Virus record (IMG/VR): IMGVR_UViG_3300005056_000001
Coordinates: 1-64,000 of that record
Length of the DNA: 64,000 nucleotides
Reading direction: 5' to 3' (one strand)
Shown: in pieces, positions 1 to 9,305 of the stretch
Position numbering within the stretch: position 1 is the stretch's first letter
Layout of the letters: each line of letters begins with the position of its first letter
Notes under the pieces: model-generated
What the model was told of the DNA's origin: nothing
Database searches by the model: none
The model's input: only the letters and a program-made list of their open reading frames with translations
Made by a program: the position numbers and the translations under genes

Positions 1-865
1 CGGTACTTGTGGTTGCTAGATTAACGGTTATCACTTGCCCACTTAAATTAAGCGTGTCGTCGGTGGTGTCCGAAACAACTCCGCCAAGTGTTAGTGTGTC
101 ATGTATCGAAATATTCAATGAATCAATATCACCCTGAAGTTCTTCTAATGCTGCTTGCGTATCTGTACTGCTCAAATTCCCTGTTGGCACAACCGAAATA
201 CCACTTGCATCGGTTGTGACGATCTCTCTAATTTCCCAATTAGGAACACCATCATTGACATACAGGGCATCCTTGTTTTGTGTATCCACATATGATATCC
301 AACCCTCGCTTGGAGTTGTTCCAATCCAAACACTACCATTGAATTCTGCTATATCACCTTTTGTTGCACTATCCCATGCAGCATTTATGGTTCCAACAGT
401 AAAGTCAATAATATACCTGTCTCCCAAAACCTCTGTTGGTGGAACAAGGGTGCTATTTGCAATGTCGATAACCTTTTGTCTTCTGTTGTAACTAGACGTC
501 AATGCCGAAATATCGGTTTGGTTAGTCGTGATTTGATTGCGTTCGGCATTTGTGATAATGGCTCCCGAACCCGCATTTGTTACGTCATTAAATTCGGTCA
601 CACTATGCAAAGACGGGTCAAATGTACCGCCTCCAACAACAGGAACAAACTTTGTTGTTATGTCATCTAACAGATCTTCGAAAGTCGTGTAATCCCCATC
701 ATTAATCCAATCAACCTCTCTAATACGAACAAATGTACCGTCTTTCATTGAGAGTGTTGCAATCGGATTTTCATCACTAATGGCACTAATGAGGTCTATT
801 CTAATAAGTCGTGCAGTCGGCCCATATCTCATCCATGAACTCCCAACTGCTGTGAATAATGACAT
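1..865 (-). CDS. DUF2793-domain virion/tail-fibre-like protein (runs off the window edge; missing from ORF track)
   Basis: Manually translated open frame from ATG at 865 (MSLFTAVGSSW...) to the edge; contains PPTEVLGDRYII...AAWDSATKGDIAEFNGSVWIGTTPSEGWISYV, matching the DUF2793 pattern. Confidence 0.75.
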   Translation of the reverse strand, partial: MSLFTAVGSSWMRYGPTARLIRIDLISAISDENPIATLSMKDGTFVRIREVDWINDGDYTTFEDLLDDITTKFVPVVGGGTFDPSLHSVTEFNDVTNAGSGAIITNAERNQITTNQTDISALTSSYNRRQKVIDIANSTLVPPTEVLGDRYIIDFTVGTINAAWDSATKGDIAEFNGSVWIGTTPSEGWISYVDTQNKDALYVNDGVPNWEIREIVTTDASGISVVPTGNLSSTDTQAALEELQGDIDSLNISIHDTLTLGGVVSDTTDDTLNLSGQVITVNLATTST

Positions 866-902
866 ATTTTATATTTTAATTATGTGTTATTTTTAATTGG
901 TA

Positions 903-1172
903 CTATGCATCAATCAACAAGGCTATTCTTTCGCTATACGCTGTTGCTGTGGCATCGGGTTCGATTGGTGTTCCTAGTACAGTTTTGATAAAAATCTTAT
1001 AGACAGAGGCACGTGTGGCCTTTAATGTATAAGTTACTGAATCACCGTCATCATTAGGATTAATGCTTCCAATGTCACCAAAAGTAAGGGATATAATACG
1101 CCCCTTGTCCTGTAATGTGACATAACCATCTACAACAACGGTTGCTATTTGTGTTTCTCTGTCAAATACCAT
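903..1172 (-). CDS. hypothetical protein, probable virion operon
   Basis: ORF; start chosen at MVFDRETQ, just downstream of a GTACATA motif. Confidence 0.6.
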   Translation of the reverse strand: MVFDRETQIATVVVDGYVTLQDKGRIISLTFGDIGSINPNDDGDSVTYTLKATRASVYKIFIKTVLGTPIEPDATATAYSERIALLIDA

Positions 1173-1237
1173 AGGTATGTTTTTTATGTATGTACCATTG
1201 CATTGATACATATACAAAAACCATTAAACCTAAACAC

Positions 1238-2236
1238 ATGAAAGACACTTCCATATTGGACGACGATTTTATCATACAAACACACGATGTAAAGACAAGC
1301 GAAAATGAATCGTTTCTAAACCCCACAAACAACAACATTGACATACTATCCATATGTGGCGCATCCACGGCAGGAGCAGGTGTTAGCGGTGCCTGTGAAT
1401 ACGTCACAGACAAGGGATACAAACCAACACACCTAATAACAGTAAGTTATGGCAGTGTTATATCCTTACCATTGCTTCTTGGGAAAAAAGAGGCAATCAA
1501 GCAGGTCAGCCTAAACCTGAATCACAAACAATTCTTTAGAGTGTCCCCTATGACAAAAAAAGGCAACATATCTTTTTGGGGTCTAATGAGGATTCTTGGT
1601 TCTGTTGTGGCACCCAATAAAATAAAATCCATAGGGGTACAAGATGTCCAAGGATTATTAAAGACGCACGTTTCAAAAAAAGAGTTCTATGACTACCAAA
1701 AGTCCGACAAGGCAGTGATATATATTTGTACAGTCAAGGCCTCCACAATGGAGCCTGTTCTGTTTAATATCAAGGATCGTAGTGTTACATACCAAAGATA
1801 CCTAGACATCGTTTCTGCAAGTTCTAGGATCCCTGTTTGGACACAGCCAATGGTTATTGACGGCGAGGAGTATTATGACGGAGGAATTACAGACATAAAT
1901 GCCTCATGTCTTCTGTTAGACAAGTTCAAGGACAGCGGTCAGAAAGTGAATGAATTGGTTTCAATCTACCCTTTTGGACGTGGCAACAAAGTAGAAGGCA
2001 AGACCATAAAAGGCGTGTTTGGGGCTATCTTTTGGCTCATAGAAACCCTCATAAAGAATGTCGGCAAGAACGACACACTCGAAGAAATGTTTAAGTGTAA
2101 AAACAGGGACATAAAACTTTCACAAATTCACATACCAAAAATATTGGACAGTCTTTATGATGTGGACAAGCCTAGGCTCCTGAAGCTTTATAATTTGGGG
2201 TTGCAATCTGCCAAGGATAATTTTAGAAAATGGTAA
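1238..2236 (+). CDS. patatin-like phospholipase
   Basis: Oxyanion loop ILSICGASTAG, nucleophile elbow TVSYG (variant GxSxG), ASSRIP, and catalytic YYDGG; start at MKDTS. Confidence 0.85.
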   Translation: MKDTSILDDDFIIQTHDVKTSENESFLNPTNNNIDILSICGASTAGAGVSGACEYVTDKGYKPTHLITVSYGSVISLPLLLGKKEAIKQVSLNLNHKQFFRVSPMTKKGNISFWGLMRILGSVVAPNKIKSIGVQDVQGLLKTHVSKKEFYDYQKSDKAVIYICTVKASTMEPVLFNIKDRSVTYQRYLDIVSASSRIPVWTQPMVIDGEEYYDGGITDINASCLLLDKFKDSGQKVNELVSIYPFGRGNKVEGKTIKGVFGAIFWLIETLIKNVGKNDTLEEMFKCKNRDIKLSQIHIPKILDSLYDVDKPRLLKLYNLGLQSAKDNFRKW

Positions 2237-2240
2237 AAAC

Positions 2241-2270
2241 AAGAAAGGCTCCATAATTGGAGCCTTTCTT
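2241..2270. terminator. bidirectional intrinsic terminator
   Basis: AAGAAAGGCTCCA-TAAT-TGGAGCCTTTCTT between convergent genes; same core as 24027-24054. Confidence 0.8.
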
Positions 2271-2299
2271 GTTTTGTTACTTGTTTTTTACTTTCTTGT

Positions 2300-2623
2300 T
2301 TACTTTCTGCCTTCTAGTACCGACATGTACTTTAGTGCCAATCTTAGACTCATCTTTATCAAGTCATTTATACGATCCTTATATGATTCGGATACCGCCC
2401 AAAGCACCGATTCGAACATTTCTGCATAAAGCCTTTCAGATTTCACCATATTTCTTAGAAGGTTGCTGTCAAAGTCACGCATTGTAGCACCGTCAGGTTC
2501 TTCTTTTAGTCCCTCTGTCACAGTCGCTCTCAATACCTTTAGTTCATCATGACTCAATGCATATGCCTCATGACTAACCAATTGTTCTTTTGTTGCATTT
2601 TCTAATTTTCTGTTGTCGAACAT
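2300..2623 (-). CDS. hypothetical protein
   Basis: ORF preceded by a host-type promoter. Confidence 0.7.
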   Translation of the reverse strand: MFDNRKLENATKEQLVSHEAYALSHDELKVLRATVTEGLKEEPDGATMRDFDSNLLRNMVKSERLYAEMFESVLWAVSESYKDRINDLIKMSLRLALKYMSVLEGRK

Positions 2624-2662
2624 AATATATTTTTTTAGTTTTAATTAATATTGATTGCCTTA

Positions 2663-2724
2663 CAAATATAGACAAAAAATCCATACCAAAAAATATGGAC
2701 ACGGATTTTAACATTTCTTTAACA
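2663..2724 (-). promoter_or_regulatory. Bacteroidota-type promoter (-7 TATATTTG) with terminator-like hairpin and upstream TTAACA-N5-TTAACA box
   Basis: caaatata at 2663-2670; hairpin aaaatcc..ggattt; direct repeat at 2708-2724. Confidence 0.75.
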
Positions 2725-2747
2725 TTTATTTTTTCTTGCCTCAAAAA

Positions 2748-3335
2748 CTACACAATCAATCGTTTTTGATAAAATTCAATCTTTTCCTTAATGCTTGCAT
2801 TGTGCAACTCGATGTCAATGGGGATAATTGTTAATTTATCACAACTCAGTGCCTCGTCAAAGGCTTCTTTTTTTGTATAGACACCTGCATTGGTTTTGTA
2901 AGTAGTGTACCCGCATGAATTATCACAATAGTAAGAATAGCCTTTTTTGACGTAGCAAAATTTAACTGAGTCGTTGTCTAGGATTTCATTCAAGTCCGAC
3001 ACACGTTTTCGCTCGGTCTTAATTTTTTCTATACTTTCTAGTGTGAGTTCCTTTTTCTCAAACGAATACATGTCCATTTCCTTGGCCCTCAAGACAGGAA
3101 TATTAAATAGCGTAATCTCCGAACCACTATCCGTGTCAACCATGGTCTCGTATTTTATTTGCTTGAGGATATCATTTTTGGCCTTGCCCCTGTCTGTGGC
3201 ATATCCATAGAATTCGGAGTGAAAAAATCCATCCTCGATTTTTGACAGGTTTAGCCTCCAACACTTGCTGACCATTTTATATTCTTGTGTCTTGTTTTCT
3301 TGTGCCGTATCCGTTGAATAATTAGTCGTATCCAT
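2748..3335 (-). CDS. hypothetical phage protein
   Basis: 195-aa ORF with a C-terminal YY.DNS.GYT...AGVYT..EA motif. Confidence 0.7.
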   Translation of the reverse strand: MDTTNYSTDTAQENKTQEYKMVSKCWRLNLSKIEDGFFHSEFYGYATDRGKAKNDILKQIKYETMVDTDSGSEITLFNIPVLRAKEMDMYSFEKKELTLESIEKIKTERKRVSDLNEILDNDSVKFCYVKKGYSYYCDNSCGYTTYKTNAGVYTKKEAFDEALSCDKLTIIPIDIELHNASIKEKIEFYQKRLIV

Positions 3336-3458
3336 TTATACTTTTAGTTTTTAATATACCTTTATTTATATATGATGGCTTTTTTGGGTACCCAAAGAGA
3401 ACGTGTACGATAATTCACAAAAAAATGAAAAATCGTACACGTGGAATTGTCGTACATA

Positions 3459-3947
3459 TTATACATCTCTTTTTAATTCCTCCCTTGTCCAAACAATATC
3501 CACCAATTCCTTTCCGAAATCGACAATGTATCCGTCGGGTCTAATTTCTTCGATAGATCCTGAACACTCCCATTCGCCAAGATGTCCACCGCTTCTTGAT
3601 ACAATCTCGGCATTGGGGAGATTAACTTTAACCGACTCACCCATCAACAACACGTCCTCGTGGTTGGCGGCATTTTCTTTTGTCTGAAAGTCCACAAATT
3701 CCCATCTGATACAATCATACCCCGAAAACTCGTTGAGTCTATGAAAATTGTAGTGTTTCCACCTTGTAATAAAGCAAGTGATGTCTCTTGCCAAATATTC
3801 GGGTTTGTCGCTTGAATACGCATGTTTTGCGATTACTATTAGTGGTGCGGACAACAAGTCTTTTGTTGCCACAAAGTCAAAATATACTAGAGACTTTTTA
3901 TACTCTTCTTTGCGTTCTTCGCTTGTGTAGAATGGTTCTTTAATCAC
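3459..3947 (-). CDS. hypothetical protein
   Basis: ORF in a co-oriented run. Confidence 0.65.
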   Translation of the reverse strand: MIKEPFYTSEERKEEYKKSLVYFDFVATKDLLSAPLIVIAKHAYSSDKPEYLARDITCFITRWKHYNFHRLNEFSGYDCIRWEFVDFQTKENAANHEDVLLMGESVKVNLPNAEIVSRSGGHLGEWECSGSIEEIRPDGYIVDFGKELVDIVWTREELKRDV

Positions 3948-3957
3948 GATTTATTTT

Positions 3958-4491
3958 TTAATTGGTTTTAAATTGAATATATGTTGCGACATCCTTTCGT
4001 CCTGTTTGTCTCTCTATTGCCTTTATGATTGCTTTTTGACAAGGTTCTGTCCAAATTTCTACATGTCCATTACGGTGAACATCCAACATTAGAGGGTATA
4101 TATATTCATCAAAATCCAAACCGCTCACATCGTGTTGCATCAGCACCGCAGCAGCTACGATTTTGGCAGCGGCCTCGTCACCCTCATTGGTAGCCATATT
4201 ATAATCCTCTACAACTTCACCAATAATAGGCTCCTGAGAATCCCAACCATATTTCCATACAATGTTAGCAACACCAATAAATGACGAAAGGTGTGGACGC
4301 TGATACTTGTTAAATCCTTCCATAAACAGTGCGGTCGCCTTTGCTAATTCGCTAGGTGTCACATTGCCTTCCATTTGTGTGACCGTGACCCCGTTTGATA
4401 GGTCTACATTTGTTCTGAACTCGAATTTCCCCATTAAACGAACCACCTGTCGTTGGCATTCTTTTGAATCGTATTTATAATCGTTATTCAT
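3958..4491 (-). CDS. hypothetical protein
   Basis: ORF in a co-oriented run. Confidence 0.7.
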   Translation of the reverse strand: MNNDYKYDSKECQRQVVRLMGKFEFRTNVDLSNGVTVTQMEGNVTPSELAKATALFMEGFNKYQRPHLSSFIGVANIVWKYGWDSQEPIIGEVVEDYNMATNEGDEAAAKIVAAAVLMQHDVSGLDFDEYIYPLMLDVHRNGHVEIWTEPCQKAIIKAIERQTGRKDVATYIQFKTN

Positions 4492-4573
4492 GATTTATTT
4501 TTTGATAGTTTTGTTAAATTAAGCACATTAAGCATATGTTGGTTGTGGGCATGATTCAAGTAAAACAAGAATG

Positions 4574-4849
4574 TTAACGCCTTATTGATTTTACAGGAAA
4601 CGACCAACCAATAGAACTGTTTTCATTAAAACCAACAGTCTTGTACTTTGTTCCTTTTTTGATTATACAATAATTGTATATATTTTTATGGGTGAATGTG
4701 TGAGGATTTGAACTTATAGATTTCTCGCCACAACCAAATTTCTCGACAACCTCCCAATTCAAGAATTTCTCGACACATAAACCATGTGTGTATGCATCGT
4801 GTGGAAGCCAATCCGATAATAATTCCATTTTTTTAATCAAGATTTTCAT
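4574..4849 (-). CDS. hypothetical protein
   Basis: ORF in a co-oriented run. Confidence 0.65.
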   Translation of the reverse strand: MKILIKKMELLSDWLPHDAYTHGLCVEKFLNWEVVEKFGCGEKSISSNPHTFTHKNIYNYCIIKKGTKYKTVGFNENSSIGWSFPVKSIRR

Positions 4850-4872
4850 ATCGTCCGATTTTATTCTGATTT

Positions 4873-5274
4873 TTACATTGGTGAATAATTAAAATAACTC
4901 TGACATTGTTGTTGCTCCTTTAGGATTATTCTATTATTTAAGGAACTAAAGGCAGGTTTCTCAATGTTTTTTGCCCGTAAGCGTTTAATCTTATCCACAG
5001 AATTCATGAACTTCTTTATCTTGTCAATAGCCTCGATTTTTGTGGTACAAATACCCATAAAAGGAGCCATATTAGCAGCCCCGAAAGCAATTGCGTGTTC
5101 CCACCCAACAACCATGTTTTCTACCATCACAAAAAACCGTGATAGTGGTACATTATTTTTGTTCCTGTGGTTTCCACATAAATTCCATTCGTCCTTGATA
5201 ACCTCATACACCTTGAATGTTAGCCCGTCGATAATTTGTGTAAAAACTGCATTGGAAAGTGTAGGAATGTTCAT
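4873..5274 (-). CDS. hypothetical protein
   Basis: ORF downstream of the promoter at 5323-5384. Confidence 0.7.
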   Translation of the reverse strand: MNIPTLSNAVFTQIIDGLTFKVYEVIKDEWNLCGNHRNKNNVPLSRFFVMVENMVVGWEHAIAFGAANMAPFMGICTTKIEAIDKIKKFMNSVDKIKRLRAKNIEKPAFSSLNNRIILKEQQQCQSYFNYSPM

Positions 5275-5322
5275 AGTAATCTATTGGTAGTGTGAAAAAG
5301 AATATTTAATAATATTGTCCTA

Positions 5323-5384
5323 CAAATATAAGGAAACATAAACCAAAAACACAACAAAACCGAAAGCTTAACGTTTTATTAACA
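5323..5384 (-). promoter_or_regulatory. host-type promoter with TTAACG-N5-TTAACA box
   Basis: caaatata at 5323-5330; box at 5368-5384. Confidence 0.7.
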
Positions 5385-5437
5385 TTTCAAACCATGTCTC
5401 CTACTTATCAGTGTCGTTGACCTGTGTAATATCTTTT

Positions 5438-5755
5438 TTAGATTGATCCTTTTGTCTTTTCCAAAAAAAACCTTGCAAAAAATAATTTCCATAAAACAAT
5501 TCGGTTCGTTTTTGAAAGCCCTGCCTTTGACATTGCCCTTTTCATGGCAACCTTACATCCATGCATCTGATTGTCTTTGTCTTTGTCATGTTTAACCGCC
5601 GTTCCTTTGCCTACCACGTCGCCATTCAGCAATACTTCACAGTCGGTTGTTGGTGGCCAAGCTTTTCCGATTCCGTTGTAATGTACATACGGACAAGATC
5701 TCCTGAAGGTTATTTCTATGGTATTATTATAGGGTGTTGTATGTGTCACTTTCAT
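5438..5755 (-). CDS. hypothetical protein
   Basis: ORF preceded by a hairpin/promoter cassette. Confidence 0.7.
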   Translation of the reverse strand: MKVTHTTPYNNTIEITFRRSCPYVHYNGIGKAWPPTTDCEVLLNGDVVGKGTAVKHDKDKDNQMHGCKVAMKRAMSKAGLSKTNRIVLWKLFFARFFLEKTKGSI

Positions 5756-5783
5756 GATTATATATTTTTGTTTATAATTTACT

Positions 5784-5838
5784 CAACAATATTAAACAAA
5801 AAAATCCGTACCACCAAATGATAGCACGGATTTTTAAT
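5784..5838 (-). promoter_or_regulatory. terminator/promoter cassette, near-identical copy at ~6264-6318
   Basis: caacaata..aaacaaaaaaatccgtaccaccaaatgatagcacg occurs twice, 480 bp apart. Confidence 0.7.
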
Positions 5839-5869
5839 ATAGTGGGCAATATCTAAGGATATAGTTAGC

Positions 5870-6232
5870 CTAGTCACGATTGTATAATATTCTTAAACAG
5901 TCCTTTAGCGCCTCGACCTTGCCAAAATTAACCGAGGCCGCATTGTATGTGGTGTCGCTGTAGGTGATATCCTTTCTACCATCCCACTTTTCCAACTCGT
6001 CTTCGGATTCTTTTAGGTGGTACTTAATTGAGTTTATATGGTTTCCTTTAGAAGGTTCCGTAATAATACAATAGTGTGTGTAGTCGGAGTCTAGAAGATA
6101 CCCACCATCATCTCCCTTGAATGTCTTATAGTTATTCGTCATGCTCCCCTTGAGAACACTGCCATCGTGTTTCCTAACCAATACAGGCGTGTCACGCTGT
6201 ACCATGTTGTCCTTTACTTCAATCCAATTCAT
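5870..6232 (-). CDS. DUF551-like protein
   Basis: N-terminal MNWIEVKD...PVLV and THY motif typical of DUF551. Confidence 0.55.
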   Translation of the reverse strand: MNWIEVKDNMVQRDTPVLVRKHDGSVLKGSMTNNYKTFKGDDGGYLLDSDYTHYCIITEPSKGNHINSIKYHLKESEDELEKWDGRKDITYSDTTYNAASVNFGKVEALKDCLRILYNRD

Positions 6233-6324
6233 TTGTATATATTGTTGTTTGTGAACATTTTTTCAACAATAGTAAACAAAAAAATCCGTACCACCAAATG
6301 ATAGCACGAATTTTTTTAATAAAA

Positions 6325-6451
6325 GGACGATACATCGGATTCGAACCAACAGCCCGCCATTACCTCGAGTAGCAAATAGACTACCCTCGACTTTGCAGAA
6401 TGGTTTACATTTCTGCTTTCATACACTTTCCAAGTATGTAGGTGTCGCCCC
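6325..6451 (-). ncRNA. tRNA-like non-coding RNA without a canonical anticodon arm
   Basis: Terminal stem GGGCGACAC/GTATCGTCC; D-like arm CATAC-TTGGAAAGT-GTATG; two further hairpins; T arm GTTGG-TTCGAAT-CCGAT. Confidence 0.65.
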
Positions 6452-6452
6452 T

Positions 6453-6749
6453 TTACTCTTCCAAACCAAGTTTAGCTAGAATAGCAGAAACTTTATTAGA
6501 TATTAATTTCGCAACACTTTCTTCTACCTTTGTCTGTATTTTGTAGGTTGACACTTGGTTTCTTATCGCATGCCTTAATACCTCGGTTGTTTGTTTTTCA
6601 ACTTCGCCTACGATATCGAAATTATCAATAGCCTTTTTTACACCCTCCTGTATTTTTGCCTCAATGTCTTTGTTATTCAGCACAACCTGACTCATGATAC
6701 TTGATGCTGCCACTTCTATCTCAAACTTTACTTTAGTCTCACCCTTCAT
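6453..6749 (-). CDS. hypothetical helical protein
   Basis: ORF. Confidence 0.7.
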   Translation of the reverse strand: MKGETKVKFEIEVAASSIMSQVVLNNKDIEAKIQEGVKKAIDNFDIVGEVEKQTTEVLRHAIRNQVSTYKIQTKVEESVAKLISNKVSAILAKLGLEE

Positions 6750-6791
6750 TTTGTTTTTATTTTTATTTTTATTATCCTATTAAATATTTAC

Positions 6792-7856
6792 CTAGAATAG
6801 CAATGAAATATCCACTCCCGTCTGTGCAAGAACCTCTCTTTCGATCTCGTCCCAAATGAATATATTATTGATTTGGGAATGCCCCTCGTCGATCAAGTCT
6901 CCTAGGCGGGCTTTGATTCCATCTCTAATACTGTGGGTGTCCTTGTTGTCTGCACATACAGTACTAATCATTGCATGCAACACAAACATTGATTCCCTGT
7001 TGTCCATCCCATAGGTCGGGAGCAAGATATCGTCAACCGAAATGAATTGCCCATGTTGTCCATATCTAAAAAGAATATTCCTGAAGTTGGGTATTTTTTT
7101 GATGTTTTGTTTGTGGGTGACGTTCCAATGCTCCATAAACAGTGTCACCGAAATTGCCAACTTGGTGGGTGATGGTTCCTTGGTAACCGCAACGATCACC
7201 GTGGGACTAGCAAGATCGTCTACGCCATAAAACTCATATCCGTTGGTATTGAAGGTAATAGGAGTACCCTTTTCTTTTTCTACAATTTCGCCGTCGCTTA
7301 TATCGCCAACACTGCTCAAATATCTATTGGCAGAATCTTTTGAGTCAAAATAGCCATCGTCTGTTGTTAGTATGGATATCTCTTTCCCGTCAATAAAAAT
7401 GGTGCTATCTGTAAAGTCCTCTACCATGACAGGAGACAATTTTGTTTTAAGATCCTCGTTGTTTAGGTTGTTTAGGTGATACCAAACATACAACGTTTTT
7501 TTGTTGTACGGACAACCCTCGCAAATCTCGGTATTTCTTAGACTTCTTCTTCCGCTGTCGTCTGATGTGTTAATTAGGCTATTAACAAATGCATATGCAT
7601 TTTGTTGTTGGTCAAGATTGCTGTATAGTTTAGGAATGTATTCCTTCCATGCCACAACCTGTTCCATGCTCTTTAACAAGGCCGACACAGGGGATTGGGT
7701 GTTGCTCATGGCATCATTTGAATAGGAGTTTAAAAATGTATCATCCTCTGTGTCATAACATATCGTAAATTCTCTCCACCCGCCCTGACACTTGGCATCG
7801 CCTAATTTTGAATGTATCTCCCATTGTTCCCAAATATCACAGACTCTTTTTTCCAT
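6792..7856 (-). CDS. hypothetical protein
   Basis: 354-aa ORF, translationally coupled to the upstream ORF. Confidence 0.8.
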   Translation of the reverse strand: MEKRVCDIWEQWEIHSKLGDAKCQGGWREFTICYDTEDDTFLNSYSNDAMSNTQSPVSALLKSMEQVVAWKEYIPKLYSNLDQQQNAYAFVNSLINTSDDSGRRSLRNTEICEGCPYNKKTLYVWYHLNNLNNEDLKTKLSPVMVEDFTDSTIFIDGKEISILTTDDGYFDSKDSANRYLSSVGDISDGEIVEKEKGTPITFNTNGYEFYGVDDLASPTVIVAVTKEPSPTKLAISVTLFMEHWNVTHKQNIKKIPNFRNILFRYGQHGQFISVDDILLPTYGMDNRESMFVLHAMISTVCADNKDTHSIRDGIKARLGDLIDEGHSQINNIFIWDEIEREVLAQTGVDISLLF

Positions 7857-8074
7857 TAGTAGCTTTTTTCGTTCTCGTTTAGTATGGCATCATAATTATC
7901 CTTGATGTAGTCAAGGAGATGTTCATTATGTTTTCTTTGTAACGTTTTTTCACACCACAAAAACCAATACGACGGGGCGTCTTCTAATGTTTTTCCGATA
8001 TGTTCCCCAAATTGGATGACAGTATCATCGTCATAAGGAAGATTGTCGTCTGTGGTCTTGGCAAATTTTTGCAT
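7856..8074 (-). CDS. small exonuclease-X C-terminal/DUF3820-like domain protein
   Basis: FGEHIGKTLEDAPSYWFLW resembles the FGK(H/Y)KG....VP..YL.W motif. Confidence 0.6.
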   Translation of the reverse strand: MQKFAKTTDDNLPYDDDTVIQFGEHIGKTLEDAPSYWFLWCEKTLQRKHNEHLLDYIKDNYDAILNENEKSY

Positions 8075-8122
8075 TATTTTTTGTTTTTTGATGAGGCGAT
8101 TGTCTTGCCTCGATTGTTTTTG

Positions 8123-8482
8123 TTAGGTTTTTATTAAAGCATCAATAGATTTGTTCTTTCCCATAAGATCCGTGTCAATAGAAAAATATGCCTTGTTCGT
8201 GAGGTGTGTTGCGATAAATCCACCAATAGTCACAAAATGTTTTGAGCCCAAATGGGTTCTTGTGTCGGCATGCTCATGCTTACAACACGGTGTTGTGAAG
8301 TCCGTACAGTCATGGTATTCCTTTTTGTCTTCTACTTGACCAAAGTCATATACCTGCCCACAATGTTCGCATATAACAGACTCCTCGCATAATGTATGAA
8401 AGAATTTAACCTCTTGGTAAGCCCCGTGTCGGCCAAGTATTCGAATGGTATCGCTTGAAATTTTTACAGTAGTCTTTTCCAT
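8123..8482 (-). CDS. hypothetical protein with putative Zn ribbon
   Basis: CEHC...PCC motifs. Confidence 0.6.
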   Translation of the reverse strand: MEKTTVKISSDTIRILGRHGAYQEVKFFHTLCEESVICEHCGQVYDFGQVEDKKEYHDCTDFTTPCCKHEHADTRTHLGSKHFVTIGGFIATHLTNKAYFSIDTDLMGKNKSIDALIKT

Positions 8483-8550
8483 AATTGATTTTTGTTAAAC
8501 TAATATTGGTAATGTATAACAAAAATACGACAATAACTAAAAAAGTCGTA

Positions 8551-8751
8551 CTAAAAAAGTCTTCCATGGTAAGTAATACCATCCTTGGTTATTGTTCCTT
8601 CGATGGTTCCTGCTTTTGTACCTGCTTTAGTCAGCTTAAATGTGCCATTACTAGATTTTTCGTAAGCAGTTAAAGCACGGAGCATGTCGTCTTTGTGATA
8701 GCACTTATAGCCCTGTAATATAAAATTATTTTTGTCTTCCTTTAATGACAT
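8551..8751 (-). CDS. hypothetical protein
   Basis: ORF whose start lies inside a 22-bp tandem repeat. Confidence 0.6.
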   Translation of the reverse strand: MSLKEDKNNFILQGYKCYHKDDMLRALTAYEKSSNGTFKLTKAGTKAGTIEGTITKDGITYHGRLF

Positions 8752-8794
8752 AGTTATTGTTCTTTAATGACATAGTTATTGTTCTTTAATGACA
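8740..8794. repeat. 22-bp tandem repeat x2.5
   Basis: ctttaatgacatagttattgtt at 8740 and 8762, partial copy at 8784. Confidence 0.9.
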
Positions 8795-8803
8795 CGATTA
8801 CTG

Positions 8804-9088
8804 TTACACGCAACCAATCTCAATGCGATTGGCAAGTTCAACGATAGAATCAATGGGCATAATCATCGGCAAATATACCGTACAATTGAAGCTGTCAATC
8901 TCGGTACCCTTTCGGTCGTCCAATATAAGAACAGCCCATCCTTTTGTGTTAAATAGATTTACGCTGTCGTTGAAGCGTTTTGTTTCGCCATCAAGATTTT
9001 TTGTACCAAGATTGGAATATAACACAAATGTTGCAATTGCTCCAAGGGCAAAGGTGAATTTTAAAACTGTTGTATAAGCACTTTTCAT
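8804..9088 (-). CDS. hypothetical membrane-anchored protein
   Basis: N-terminal hydrophobic segment. Confidence 0.6.
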   Translation of the reverse strand: MKSAYTTVLKFTFALGAIATFVLYSNLGTKNLDGETKRFNDSVNLFNTKGWAVLILDDRKGTEIDSFNCTVYLPMIMPIDSIVELANRIEIGCV

Positions 9089-9305
9089 GTTTTACTTTTT
9101 ATATGTGGTTAATTAATCATTATGACAAATGATTAGCATAACATAACGTTAAAAATGATGTTTAATATATTTACCAAACGACAAAGAATTTAGCAGGAGA
9201 ATAATTATCTCTCAAAGTAGAATGTATCGAAAAACCATTCGGGTTTTTCATAGATAATATGTTGTCTAAAATACCAACTATTGCCCCGAAAAGATAACAT
9301 CTTGT

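Noticed and set aside
3363-3372. T4-type late promoter TATAAATA (also ~20861 and ~20937)
   Set aside because: Few copies in very AT-rich DNA and not associated with the structural genes.
6325-6451. tmRNA or YrlA-type Y RNA
   Set aside because: Too short for tmRNA, with no tag ORF and a paired D stem. The ends form an acceptor-like stem next to the T arm, unlike YrlA, and no Ro60 gene is visible.
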